Shown in pieces: positions 36,261 to 49,266 of a DNA stretch of 64,000 nt; within the stretch, counting starts at the first letter, position 1; each line of letters opens with the position of its first letter. The stretch comes from Camelus dromedarius (Eukaryota), in contig NC_087437.1 of assembly GCF_036321535.1 (NCBI RefSeq), positions 9,984,001-10,048,000 of the forward strand, given 5' to 3'. The translations under genes and the position numbers were made by a program. The notes beneath the pieces were generated by a model. That model was given only the letters and a program-made list of their open reading frames with translations, was not told the DNA's origin and did not search any database.

Positions 36261-39200
36261 GCCTACAAAATTAAAAAAAAAAAAATTCAAATAGTGTAAC
36301 AAAAAAAAAATGTGAAGCCCTCTGGGCTTTTAGATTCCTGAGATGAATGAGCACAATGTCTCTGAATTAGCCACTCCCTAGCATACACCCTATATGATCA
36401 GCCCCTACACCAGGTGAAGCTTTCCTGTTCCTGAGCTAAGTCTCGTTGAGAGACCCGGCTTTTATGTCGCACAATGGAGGGCAAAGTACAGAGGCAGCAA
36501 TCCTTGGATTTTAAAATGCTGGGACAGAGCCAGAAGTCTGAAACCTTCTTGCCATTGCTTATATTCTAGGCCTTATTTACTTGCTGTGTATTTATTTATT
36601 ATCAGTGCCTAGACATACACCTTATTTCCATGTCCCTCCTACCTCCTCCCAACCCACATCCCTGTTGGGAGCCTCAGAAATTTATCATAGATATTTTTCT
36701 GCTGCTATGAATAGACAAACAGAAAATTTCATTGGGTAGAAACTAATTTCTTAACAACCTATGCAATCTAGAAACTGCATTGGAATTTCATCTGTATCAC
36801 TATCCAAAGAGAGGACCTTATACTCTTAAATTTATGGCAGCGTTACTTTCTCCACTCTACAGCTTCAGTGGCACCAAGCAATAACTCAGGGCTTCCAGAA
36901 CACTGAGATAATTAACACTTGAAAATTCCTGCCAAGGTGTAATTACCGCCCTCACCTTTGCAGCCCTGCATGATCGCGCTCGCAGGAGAGGATGGCCAAC
37001 GGCTTCTGGACACGTTCTCCTCTCCCGTCTTAAAGTGATGACACTTTCCTATCAGCTGAGCTGGCAGGTGTCACAGAAAAAGTTTCCTGGGAAATAAGCC
37101 TTTGGAAAGACGCTTTACAGGGAGAGCGTGGAAGATGATGTGGACTTTAAAGTTCTCGCTTTCATTTCTTACTGATGTATTTGAGTCTCTGAGCCTTAGG
37201 GTTTTTTTTTTTAATTATTATTTAGTAAAATAGCTTCAACAATTGTTTATTTCATAGGGCTGTGGAGAGAACGACAAGAAATCAAAGATATAAGCCGTAA
37301 GGTATACTACCTATGTAAGAGATGGTTATTTTTCTACTTCTTTCCCATTTTTTTTCCCCCCAAGAAATACAGATGCTTCCTCACAAGGCTCTGGGACATC
37401 TTGGCTGCTGAAAAGACAAAAGTAAATGAATGAATGGTCTTTATGCAGCTGGATGCCGCCCAGGTTGGGATTATTAAATAAGGCAGCCTGAGTTCCTGGC
37501 TGAGAGCGTGGGCTTCTCCCGGAGAGACAGGGCGGATGTCTTCACTCAGGAAAGAAGATGCATGAGAGATAGACAGGAAATAGACAGTGTCATTTATGCT
37601 GTTCAGTCTGGGGTCTTAGGTAAAATTCAAGCTTCCCAAAGCTATTCCCTACCCCAAATCAGAGAGGTGAAGTACAGAGATTATCCAGATTAGAGAGGAT
37701 CGAAGGGCTGAGAAGCCACACAAAGAGTGAGGCTCTTCAGAAAGACATTAACAACAGTGGCAGGCATTTTTGAACAGCATGTAGAAGATGGAATTATCTT
37801 AAATTCTACGAATACACATCTATACCATAGCTGGAAGTGTGAAAATGCAGCTGGTGAGGACCCTGTGTTTAACACTAGACTTTTCAGAGACTGATAATGC
37901 TCTGGGACTGATACAAAGCGTCTTGGCGCAGACTTATATTGAATGTACAGGAAGCTTCTATCTCTCTCAGTTCTTAGTGGGGTTTAATGACTCATTACAA
38001 AGTCCTGAGTTGATGAGAGACAGATAGAAATATACGCCTGATTAGAACTCTTAATTGACAGATGGAGATGCCAGACTAACTGAATAATCAAGCAACGCTG
38101 ATTACAGAGTGGGGGTTCTTACCAAAGGTTAGTATTACCCGCTTCGGCTACAAGTTATATTTACTTTGTGGAAACTAATTTCTTGACAAAACAATCTACA
38201 GAAGGCAATGGGATCTTATCCACACTACCCAAGGACAGGACCTTAGTGTCAAATTTATGGCAACATCATTGTCTACACTCAGCAGCTTCTGTTGTGCCAA
38301 GATGCTTCAGCAGGACAGACATTCTGGGTTGTCTGAGCAAGGACGGGCACATCTGGGTTACCCGGAGCGCACGTCTAGCTGTAGCAGGGAGTCAGGCTAC
38401 AAAACTCTGCTAAGTGGTCCATATGTTGTAGCTGTCGGGTCCAGGTGGGAAGTGAAACCCACAGCCTTAGCATCAAAAGGCAGAACCTTATAACCAATTG
38501 TGCTAAGTGGTTTGCACTACTAAAACTTAGCCAAGGAGAGATGCCATGAATCATAAGTGTGGCAAGTTTATCTCTCCTGGAGTACTTACATGAAGCCTAA
38601 GTTTTTGCATAGTTTTCTTTATCCATTTACAGGCTTAAATCATTTTTCACTTGAACGAATCACATATTATTACTATTTTGCTTTCTTAGGATATATTCAA
38701 GCCTGTTTTGTACACCTCTTTCATAACTTTGGGTGAACACACACACACAAACGCACACAGACCCACACATGGCTGCAGTCGCTGTATCACAGCGGGGCTT
38801 GAATAGGACACCCCAGGGGTCTACCTATGGCAGGACGTTTTTTTTTTTAAAAATCACATCCTTTCTAGCACTTGCTTTCATCTAACAATTCTATTCCCTT
38901 TTAAATTACATTTGATGCTTTCTTTCCCTTGATGCCTCTGTGTGTATCTCAGTTCTGGGGCACTGGCTTTCCTATCACTTTTTTTCCACTTAATATATCC
39001 AACGGAGGAATTGTATCATCAGGTAAAAATAATATTTCTCCACCTCTTTTCTTTGCTCCTTCTAGCTTAACTGATAGGATACCTTACAGACATGAACCTT
39101 GCAAGAACCAGGGGCTCCAAAAACCTTCTCAGAGCACCTTCACTCTAAAAATTAGGTTAAGAGAAAAATAATAAAGCCTATGGGGTCTTAGTAAAAATAC

Positions 39201-40745
39201 AGCCAACAACTTGGATTTCTCCCAAGCTTCTATACGAAATATTCCGTTTAAAAATAACTACTATGATTAGAAATGCAGAAGAAGGAGAAGTTCTTCATTT
39301 TCATCTTTAAATTCTGTGTCATTCTCAAAGCACCTGCCCCCCGCCACTCCCCAGGGGAACATGGAAAGTCTGTTAATTCAAGCAGAGAGCTGAAGAATTT
39401 ATTTTCAGTATTTCAGAGAACTTAATAAAAATCACTTTTTTTTTTTTTTTTTTCCAAGCTGGAGATGGACAGACTGATTAAAAGGCCACAGCCACAGTAC
39501 ATTAACCTAAGGTAGTAATTCATTCTCCCTCTTGGTCATTAGAAACAGTGGCTGCTAGCTCACGTGTTTGTAGATTTCACATAAAGAGGAGAAAAATGAC
39601 TTATTACTTGATAACATTTCTTGCTTCCTGGGACCATTTCTCAACGGATCATACTCATTCAGAAATATATAATTCAAGACGTCTTCACTGAGAGAAAACT
39701 TAGAAAAAGATGAACCCCTTCGGATCCGGTCATTTAGTCTCACTTTGATATTCCTTTAGTTACATGCATTCCAGTTATATTCCAGAAGTCTCCTGACTTG
39801 CTCCCCAGCCCCACCACGTATATTCTCAAGATAATGTATTCATACCACTCTTTTCAATCCTTATGTAAACTGTCTAGAGTTCAATATTCTCCACCTGTAA
39901 CTCCCCATCAGTTTAACACACTCACTTCTCAAAAATTCCAGGAAAAAAAGAAAAGCAATAATATATGAATCAACATGCTGGCTATTTCTGACTCTTTCCC
40001 TCTCTCCTCTTTGTAGTATTAATTGACTCAGTTCAAACCACAGCACACATTCACTAGTATTTTATTTATTTACTGTCCCAAATCAGATCCTGGGCTGAAA
40101 TGTGTTTTTATTTCTGTCCCTCTTTCCAACCACTCCATCACAAATGACCTATTTTGCCTCTCAGTCTCGTAAACACCTTTTGTTAATCTATCCTTGGTAC
40201 GCAGTATTTTCCCTCTAGGATAGGTACTCTTTCTGCATTCTTAAAATAAGCAACCTCCTACTTGTCTGCTCCAAGTTTCCCCAAATGTCCCCTTAGAAGT
40301 TATAATTTCTTAATTTTGATGCCAATTTTCTGACCCTGCCTATACATTGCCTTTGTGAACATATGCACAGCAGCCGCTGGACTAAGCAGGATTCTGCAAA
40401 GTGTGAAGAATCCTAAAATAACAAGAATGACACTACTTAAAACACCTCACTCCCACGGAAACATCTGAGACACAGCCATGGCAAAAAAAAATCCACCTCT
40501 AAAGTTAGGATACATTGTCAAGAGAAAGATATTCTTTCCCGGGAATCAAAAAAGGGCAAGAGATGAATCCTAGAAGCTGGAATGTCACTGTAACCACATC
40601 ATAAATGCTGTAATTTTATGAAAAGGTTTTTAAGTGTTCTTTTTTTTTTTTTTTTTGGAAGTACAAAACATCTTTAATAAATCGTGAAACAATCACAGCT
40701 AAGATGGTGAAAATGGTGAAGCAACCATAGCTAAAACGCTGAGCG

Positions 40746-41062
40746 TTTTTTTTTTTAATTTATTGAAGTATAGTTAGTTACAATGTGTCAATTCCTAGTG
40801 CACAGCATAATGCATCAGTCATACATACACATACATATGTTCCTTTTCATATTCTTTTTCATTATAGGTTACTACAAGACATTGAATAGAGTTCCCTGTG
40901 CCATACAGAAGAAATTTGTTTTTTTTAAATCTGTTTTATATATAGTAGTTAATATTAGCAATTCTTGAACTTCCAATTTGTCCCTTCCCACCCCCTTTTC
41001 CCCCCTTTTCCCCCTGTAACCGTAGGTTTGTTTACTATGTCTGTGAGTCTGTTTCTGTTTTT
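40746..41062 (-). mobile_element. Lineage-specific L1 3' end
   Basis: Poly-T, ttattgaagtatagttagttacaatgtgtca...gttccctgtgccatacag...ctatgtctgtgagtctgtttctgttt. Confidence 0.9.
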
Positions 41063-42504
41063 AAAATGGTAAAGCAAGAATGAGATCTGAATGAAGCATC
41101 TAGACACGAAGTTAAGCGTCAAATATATGCAGATCCTAAATCATGAAAGCTTGGTGGGGACTGTGAGAGCAGTCAGTCAACTACTCCGAGGGTGAGAGAG
41201 GGGGATTTGGCACACAGTTGGAGCTTATAACCTTAGAACCAATGTGTCCAGGGGTGAGTCGGCAGATGTTACACACTGCCCAGATTCTGAAATTGGATTC
41301 ATTAGGAATTAAGGAAAACCAGTGTGTGTCCCCTCAAAAATCTATATAGAGGAACAGAAACGTACAAGAAATCTAGGATAGAGAGTGAATAACTCTTAGT
41401 TGTAGCTCTGATCATTTTAACAGTAGTTCCAAGTCATTGGCAAGCCGGAAGGTGGCCAGCTGGGAAGAAGTGAGATGATTCCCTGGGTCTGCAACAGCAT
41501 TTGTATCCAAGCCATCATTAGCATGCAACCGTCAAACTCGGAATGTACCCTGCAGGCAAACCAACCTTCAAGGCACCACCAAAGTACCTGCTTGGGGAAG
41601 AGCTCTGGGTTTCCTAACCAGGAGCCACCCCCACCCCCACCCCCCACCTTCCTCTCACACAAAAATCTTCTCTCTCTTCACAGCTTTTATGCTCAGGCCA
41701 AGTCTCAACCACCCGAAAATCAAAGTAAAAGCCTTCTCTGAATTCCTGTGCCTTCAACTCCTTCCCCAGTGCTGTTTCATTTCCGAGTTATGCTTTTCAA
41801 CAACCCCTAGAAGCCCATCTTCATTTTAATACTAGCACGGTCTCCCTGACTCCAGTCTACAGCACTCGACCAGCTCCAATTGGTGGAGTCTACTTCCGTT
41901 TCCTTCCCCTTTGACCGTGGTTATTCAGCACCTCAGAAGTTATTAAACCCTACTTACTCTTCCTCCAAATACAACTTTCTGATTCAAGCTGTCCTCATCA
42001 GGAAAGCCCTGTTCCATCCCTTTACATTCTACTTGTGGAAGCAGCCTTCTTCGAGTCCCCGTCTCTGGTTCCTGCCCTGTTCTGCTCCATTATTCACACA
42101 TGGCTGCCGGAATAACTTTCCCCAACACTTTCCATTTCATCCCGTTAATCAAATACCACAGAGGTGTCTTCTCTGGTTAGAACTTGGCAAATTGAATACA
42201 TGTGTTTATCTCCATTACTTCTTCCTGAAACCCCATTAAAATGATAGTACGGACATTTCAAAAATATATATATATGGCGAGGACAATGAAAACAGGAGGA
42301 GAAAAGGAGCAGAGGAGGGATGTCCAGCAGGGTGGCGAATCTGGGCAGCAGAGGGAGGAGTGACATCTGACTTAACGGGTTATTGAATGCAAGCACCTTA
42401 AGGTTGTGGGAGGTGGAGGCCAGTCGTAGCCCCAGAGAATCCCTTTAATTTAACCACCAAGAGGAAAGAGGAGAGATGGGTGATTAAATTGAAAACAAGA
42501 GGAC

Positions 42505-42871
42505 TGTTTTAGTCTGTTCCAGTAGCTATAACAAAAATATATTCTATACCATATATTCTATACCATAGAATGGGTGGTTTAAGCATTTACTTCTCACAGT
42601 TCTAGAAGCTGGAAGTCCAAGATCGAGGCAAGGGCAGATTCTGTGTCTGGTGAGAACCCACTTCCTAGCTCACAGATGGCCATCTTCCCACTGTGTCCCC
42701 ACATGGTAAGAGGGCTCTCTGGGGTCCTTTTATAAGGGTACCAATTCCATTCACAAGGGCTTCATTCTTATGGCCTAAGCATCTCCCAAAGATCTCATCC
42801 CCTAATGCTCTCACCTTGGGGGTTAGAATTTCAATATACGGGTTCATGAGGGACACATTCAGCCCACAGCA
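42505..42871 (-). mobile_element. MaLR LTR (MLT1A-like), complete TG...CA
   Basis: tgttttagtctgttc...ctcacagttctagaagctggaagtccaagatc...ccttgggggttagaatttcaa...acattcagcccacagca. Confidence 0.9.
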
Positions 42872-43537
42872 CAGATTTTGCAAAACTCAACCTAAGGGAC
42901 TCCCTTAGGTCTCCTCTCCTCTTCCAGCTCAGACAAGTGACAAGGTGCATAGATGTCACACAGTCAAAAACCAGCAGAGATCCACGACAGGAAACTCACT
43001 TTAAAAATAAGTGTGTTCCCTTAGCAGTTTTAATATTATTATAGACCATCGGAACAGAAGTAGATCTTTATTACCCTCCACACCAACACTGCTCTAGAAG
43101 GATGAGGACATGTACGCCTCTACACGGAAGGGCCCTGCTCAAGTCCACTGTCTAATCATTGACAAAACATAGGTCTCAACTCCCCATCCAGCGCTCTGAA
43201 GCAGCTTTGCAACTATAAACTTCAAGACAGTAGCACGAGACACGATGTCCACATGAGAATGCCACCCTGGTGTTAAGAAGGAGAGTGGAGAGTGAGAATG
43301 AATGAGCACTTTTCCTGCAGCAGCTCTAGGACGTATTTTTAAAGGACTGGATGCAGGTCTTTAGATAGATAGTTCCAGAGTTTATAAACCTGGATCCACG
43401 ATGCCTCAGGGGGGCTGTAAAGATTAAAGAGACAATGAATGTGAAAGTCTTCAGCAAAGCATATCACTTACAAATATTTGTTCCTACAGCTGGAAGTACA
43501 ATGTGTCAAAATGGAGGGTAAAAATTGCATAGAAATT

Positions 43538-43828
43538 GGAATTGGAAGACCAGGTTTCAGAATAGGTACTGTTAACTAAGAAAATGATTCAAGGTCAGTA
43601 ATTTGACTTTTCTGAACTCCATTTGTATCACGTGAAAAATTCATTTATTTGACAAATATTTATTGTGAGCCTTCTATGAGCCAGGCAGTGTTCTAGAGTC
43701 TCGGGAGACATTAAGAAACAAATCAGGAAAGGATCGCAGTCCTCACGGGATGGAAATGACTGTAAAACCTCCCTCACAGCATTATTGTGAAGTTTACGAG
43801 AGATGCTTAAAGGGGAAAGCAGTTTATG
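43538..43828 (+). mobile_element. MIR split by an antisense L2 3' end (L2 about 43638-43750)
   Basis: MIR 5' part (gaccaggtttc...tttgacttttctgaactcc), then ttcatttatttgacaaatatttattg...gccaggcagtgttctag (L2), then cctccctcacagcattattgtgaag (MIR 3'). Confidence 0.65.
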
Positions 43829-44134
43829 AGTAAAGTTGTGTTCCACCGATGTTACTGTTGACTGCACTCACAAAATCAGAAGCTGGAGTGGCTAATGCCT
43901 AAGATTTCATCAAACAATCTTATTCTAGAAATTAGGAAATGGAGAGTTAGCTGAAATACACAATCATGTAGCCATAGATTTGGTGCAAAAATATTTGAGT
44001 ATCATAACTACCACAACCTTAATATAGTCGGGTAACAACTGTGGGATGCTAGACAGGTGAAGATGATAAGGGGGGGTGCATTTGTGGAGATTTAAAGGGA
44101 ATAAAGCCAACTAAAAATTAGCCTGCTTTGTGGA

Positions 44135-44647
44135 TGCAAACATATTTTTACAATGTTCATAGCAGGATTTTCGCAGTCACAAAAAATGGAAACAATTCAA
44201 ATGTCCATCAATGGGTAAATGGATAAACAAAATGTGGTATCTGCCTACAACGGAATATTATTCAGCCTTAAAAAGGAATGCAATTCTGATATATGCATAT
44301 ACAACATGGGTAAAAGCTGAAGACATTTTGCTAAGTGAAATGTATCAAACACACACACAAAAACAAATACTACATGATTCCAATTATTTGAGGTGCCTGG
44401 AATAATCAAATACAGAGACAGAAGGTAGGATCCTGGTTGCTAGGGACTGTGGGAAGAGGGGAATGGGGAGTTATTGCTTAGTGGGTGCAGAGCTTCAGTT
44501 TGGGGTGATGAAAAATTTCTGGACATGGATAACAGTGATGATTGAACAACAATGTGAATGTACTTAATACCAATGAACTGTAAGCTTAAAATGGGTAAGA
44601 TAGATGATAAATTTTTTGTTTATTTGGTCACAATACGTAAAGGAAAA
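44135..44647 (+). mobile_element. L1MB-type 3' end
   Basis: caatgttcatagcag...aaatgtccatcaatgggtaaatggataaacaaaatgtggtat...ggggaatggggagttattgctta...aacaatgtgaatgtacttaat. Confidence 0.9.
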
Positions 44648-45765
44648 TTGTCTTTTTTTTTAATCATCACACTCCAGCAATTTTAAACAATGTCAGGAAA
44701 ATTCTCCATTCCCCTGTAATCTTTCTTTCAAATTCTGAAAAATTGCTATGATTACTCTTGAGATTTAAGTGGACAGACGATCAATGTGTACAGATCTATA
44801 TAATTATGTAATTACACTTCTATATAATGGATAAATATACACGTGTCTATCCTCCCAATGAGCACATTTTTATTATGATGTTTTAATAAGCTTACATTCT
44901 CTGTGGAAGTTAATTTGGAGAACTCTTGGCCACATAGTCAGCCTTCAACACATGTGGCCTCAGTGACATGTGCTCATTGTAAGAGTAAGTTCATACAGTG
45001 AGGAACCATCCAAACCCACTTCAGGCATAGTTCGTGTCTGCCACCCCGGTGCTACTGAGATTTCTGCATTTAAACATTAGATTTGAAATTAACAAGAATA
45101 ACACAATGAAGGTAAAGGCAAAGGCATGGAACTTGGGTTAAGTCAATTCTATCATTCCATCTGACCACTTCGAGTTTTTATTTACTATTTAAGGTTTAAA
45201 ACAGTGCAATAGAGTGTACACTGTATGGTATGATATTTTGGTTTGGTAAGTGCACACTTTGTGACAGAGGTATGTATATCTGTTTCACTTCATCATCGTT
45301 ACTGAAAATTATATTGAACTACGGAAGCGGTGAGTGGTGTTGAAAATGGTCTGCATCAAGAGGTCAAATATGTTAGAGCCATGCCTTAATAAATGCCGAA
45401 AAATGCAATGAATGAATGGATAAGAAACTCAAAACGTAAATAATAATGTCAAAAACGTATCGTCTAATCCTCAATTGAAGTAAGTAAATCGTACTTTTGG
45501 AGGAATTTATTGTTAAAAATTCAGAGATTCTATCTAATAACAAGATCTCTGGAGCTGTAAGAGAAGACCCCACATGAAGAAGACACCATTGGGAAGTAAC
45601 ATTGATTTTTTTTCTTTCCCATAGTAAGGGAGTATATGCTCTGAAGGCTCGAAGTATCAGCCATGCTTATGAATTCTCCTGCTTGTCTCTGTGCTAAGGA
45701 ACACACACAAACATGCATATATTTTTCTGCTGAGGTTTCAGTCCCATCCTGCTAACAGAGTTAAT

Positions 45766-46199
45766 ATTTTTTGTAAATTTTTTATTGAAGTGTAGTAGAT
45801 TTACAATGTTAGTTTCAGGTGTACAGCAAAGTGATTCAGTTATACGTATACATACATATATTTTTTTCTTTTCAAATTTTCTTCTGTTTTATGTTATTAC
45901 AAGACGTTGAATATATTTTCCTATGCTAAACTGTAGGTCCTTGCTGTTCATCTATTTTATATATAGTCCCCTGTGTCTGTTAATCCCCAACCACTAAGTT
46001 ATCCTTCCCCACCCTTTCCCTTTTCCCCAAAAAAGAATGAAATAATGCTATTTACAGCAACATGGACAGACCTAGAGATTATCATATTAAGTGAAGGAAG
46101 TCAGAGAAAGACAAATATATGATATCACTTATAGGTGGAATCTTAAAAAAAAGATACAAATTCTATTTACTAATCAAAAACAGACTCACGCACATAGAG
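45766..46199 (-). mobile_element. L1 with 5' inversion (second twin-primed copy)
   Basis: Antisense 3' UTR 45766-46028, then sense aaagaatgaaataatgc...gacctagagattatcatattaagtgaa...cagactcacgcacatagag. Confidence 0.85.
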
Positions 46200-47417
46200 T
46201 CGATGCTTGAATACCAATTGTATTTTTCATCTTGAAGAGAACAATGAAGTTACCCTTCCCTGGAAACACGTGGGTCAAGTCTTCTCAAGGTAAAGAGGAC
46301 CATTGGGCTCCCATGGATAGATTAAACAGACTTGAAATCTCCTGCTATCCCGACTTCTCACACACACAGTCCAGGATCAACTTTAATCAATTAAAACAAT
46401 CTGTAAAGCAAAAGACTGGCTGGCTTTCATTTCATCTTCTTGCAGCACATGGCGTATAAACTTTAATTGCTTTTTCTTCTTTTTAGAGACGGAGGTGAAG
46501 TTGTGCTGTCTACCGATCATGTCACTGGTTTATTTAGTTCTCTTTTGTATTTTTTTTTAAAAAGCAGCTATTGTTTACCTACAGGGACAAGCTCACAGTA
46601 AATCCCTGAGGCTCTAAGACCAGATCAGATCACTCAGGGGGTCAAAGCAAACACTTTGAACGGTGCACAAAAACGTCTATGTTATTGTCCCACCGGGAAC
46701 CAAATCTCCTTCATTCATAAAACAGTGTGGATACTTACCTTAAACCACTAGAGAGAGAACGGGCAGCTGGAACCCCAGCCCTGCTGAGCCTGGTATTGAT
46801 TTGAAGAACAGTATGTTAGGCAGTGTTTGTTTTTGGCCTGGGAGGGTATTTCTTCAATCAGTAACCTACTGTGTCCCAAACACTGAATTATAGAGGTTTT
46901 TATTCCTTTCGATTCGTTTTATTCTCAAAAAACACAAACAACACTTTTTTTAATGTAAAATTAAATGTACCCCCAGTTCCTGTGGTGCAATTTAAATATG
47001 TTTTCACTATTTCCTCCAGAAATTCACATCGAGTGGAAAATGATGCACACAGCTTGAGTTTCTTTTTTTATTGACATAGAATTAACTCTGCTGACTTGAT
47101 AAAACAAAACTAAATGAAGCCAGAATTACATTTATTTTGTTTAAAAAAAAAAATAGCTGCTTCAGTTAAGATAGCCTTAGTGGAAATACCCATTTTATGC
47201 TTTATTTAACCCTGTGGAGTTTTCCACTCATTTGAGTCTAACTATTAAACTGCTTCATTTGAATTTCTTTCTTTGTTTATGTATTCATTTGGCAAAGAAG
47301 TGGTTAGGGTAGCAATTTTTGTTTCCGTTTTATGAATTCAAACCTTCCAAAATGTGAAGATCATTTGGGCTGTCTCAGTCAGACATTTAAAAAAAAAAAA
47401 AGAACTTGTATTAGAAG

Positions 47418-47989
47418 TGAACGAGGATTAATAAAATGGGCACACTCAGGCTAACAGAGTGCTTGTTCTTATGCTCGCCCTTAAAACAGCTAACTGACCT
47501 GACTGGCTGGTTGCTGCCCACAGCTCCAGGCCTGTTGTTAAAACTAAAGCTATTGATCTTACTGTTCCTACTTTATTCCGGTAATCAAAGCTATAATCAT
47601 GCTGGTCTCCAGGGAGAAGGTCACAGGACTGTAACCTTACAAAGTAGCCTGAATTACCAAGAAGACAACACCCTGAGTGCTTAGGAGATAAGAGATCTAA
47701 CCACTGGCCTCTATAGAATTGGTCGCCTGGAGGCATCATGACACCACTCTAAGGCTTCTGATGAGAAAATGATTCTGTCGATTGTTATCAATACTTTATG
47801 GTTTGAACTGTGGCTGTATAAGCACCCCACCCCATCCCCAAGGGGGGTTCACAGTTTTGAAGGCACCAGCCTGATCTGAGTCCTCTTTGCCCGGCAAAGC
47901 AATAGAAGTTATGCTTTTCTTCTAAGCTCCAAGACCTTGTCTCTGGGTTATTCAGTTCATCAAGGATGGGATCCTACCTTTCGGCAACA
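47418..47989 (+). mobile_element. ERV1-class solo LTR (572 bp)
   Basis: TG...CA termini, 4-bp TSD gaag (47414-47417 and 47990-47993), tataag near 47817, degenerate poly(A) signal caataga near 47900, end tttcggcaaca. Confidence 0.8.
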
Positions 47990-48269
47990 GAAGTTTTAGT
48001 AACTTCCATTTCCCCTTGAATGCAAAGAATTCTTACAAATACAGAATCGATGATACAGTTGAACAATCCAACTCCTCCATCTCCTTTCCTTAGCAGAAGG
48101 TTTCTGACAGAATATCCACCTTGGAATCTTGCTCTGTGATTGGATTTCACAACTAATGAACAGGAGATTTTTTTCACTCACCATTGTTGGAGACCATTTC
48201 ATGAAAAAAGCAGAATATCCACCCCCCACCCCCCCACCCCCCGCCGTGTTCCCTTGGCCTCCATGTGAG

Positions 48270-49266
48270 AGGCCCATCACCACAACAATGTTGTGTAACA
48301 AACAGCCATAAAACCTCAGGGCGTGCCAGGAGGGAGCAGTGCTCCTGCAGGTGGGGGCTTGGCAGGGGGGTCCTGCAACCTTGGCTGGGCCTGTTCACTT
48401 GTCTTAGGTTTGGATAGCTGTCAACTCCTATAGGTGACCCTCTGCTGGGAGGACTGGGGCCACTCGGCTCTGCTCTACTCCAGCCCTGTGTATTAATTTT
48501 CTATCCCTGCCTTAGCAAATGACCCAACTTAGCATCTTAAAACAATCCACATTTTTTCGCTCACAGTTCCCTAGATCATAAGTCTGGGTTATCCGAGCTG
48601 GTGTTTCTGGTCTGGGTTTCACAACATTGAAATCAAACTGTGGCCACCTAAGCTCTTATCGTGGGGCTATTGGAAGAATCCACTTTGGAGCTCCTTAAGG
48701 TTATTGGCAGAATCTACTTCTTTATGGCTCTAGAATGAAGGTCCCATTTCCTGGCAGCTGTAGCTCCCAGAAGCTTCCCTCCGGTCCCTGCAGTTAGGTT
48801 CCTACATCTCAGAGCCAGCAGTGGTCCCTGGCCTCCTTCTTAGTCTTGGAAACTCTTGACTTTCCCTTCTGCAATCTCTCTCTCTCTCTCTTCTGCCCAT
48901 CTTCTGACTCCAGCCCGAGAAAGTTCTCTGCTTTTCCATTGTGATCACACTGGTCCCACCCAGATAATCCAAGCTAATCTCCCATTTTAAGGCAGGTAAC
49001 CCTCATTACATCTGCAAAGTCTTTTGTATCATAACATATCCATGGGTTTCAGAGACGAGGGTGTGGACATTTTGGGGGGCTGTTCTACCTACCATACCTA
49101 AGAATTCTGTCTTGCCACGGCACACTGTGTCTTTTATGGAAGTGGCTAAACCCCAGTCACATGATGAAGCCCAGAGTCAGAGTGGGAGGGTACCATGCAA
49201 TTATGTGGCAAAGGATGTGGGTGCAGGGAGGGTAACTAGCCAGGGTTGCTGTTGTATCTACCGCAG
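48270..49266 (-). mobile_element. Older MaLR LTR (MLT1G/H-like), interrupted by a younger MLT1
   Basis: tgttgtgtaacaaacagccataaaacctcag and gactggggccactcggctctgctc on the left; agtcacatgatgaagcccagagtcagagtgggaggg...gcaaaggatgtgg on the right. Confidence 0.6.
48489..49096 (-). mobile_element. MaLR LTR (MLT1D/E-like)
   Basis: tgtattaattttctat...cttaaaacaa...ttggcagaat...cccacccagataatccaag...attacatctgcaaagtc...gtggacattttgggggg...tctacctaccata. Confidence 0.85.

Noticed and set aside
37084..37093. STAT-type TTCCTGGGAA site (also TTCTGGGAA near 22592)
   Set aside because: Single short motifs are expected by chance in 64 kb
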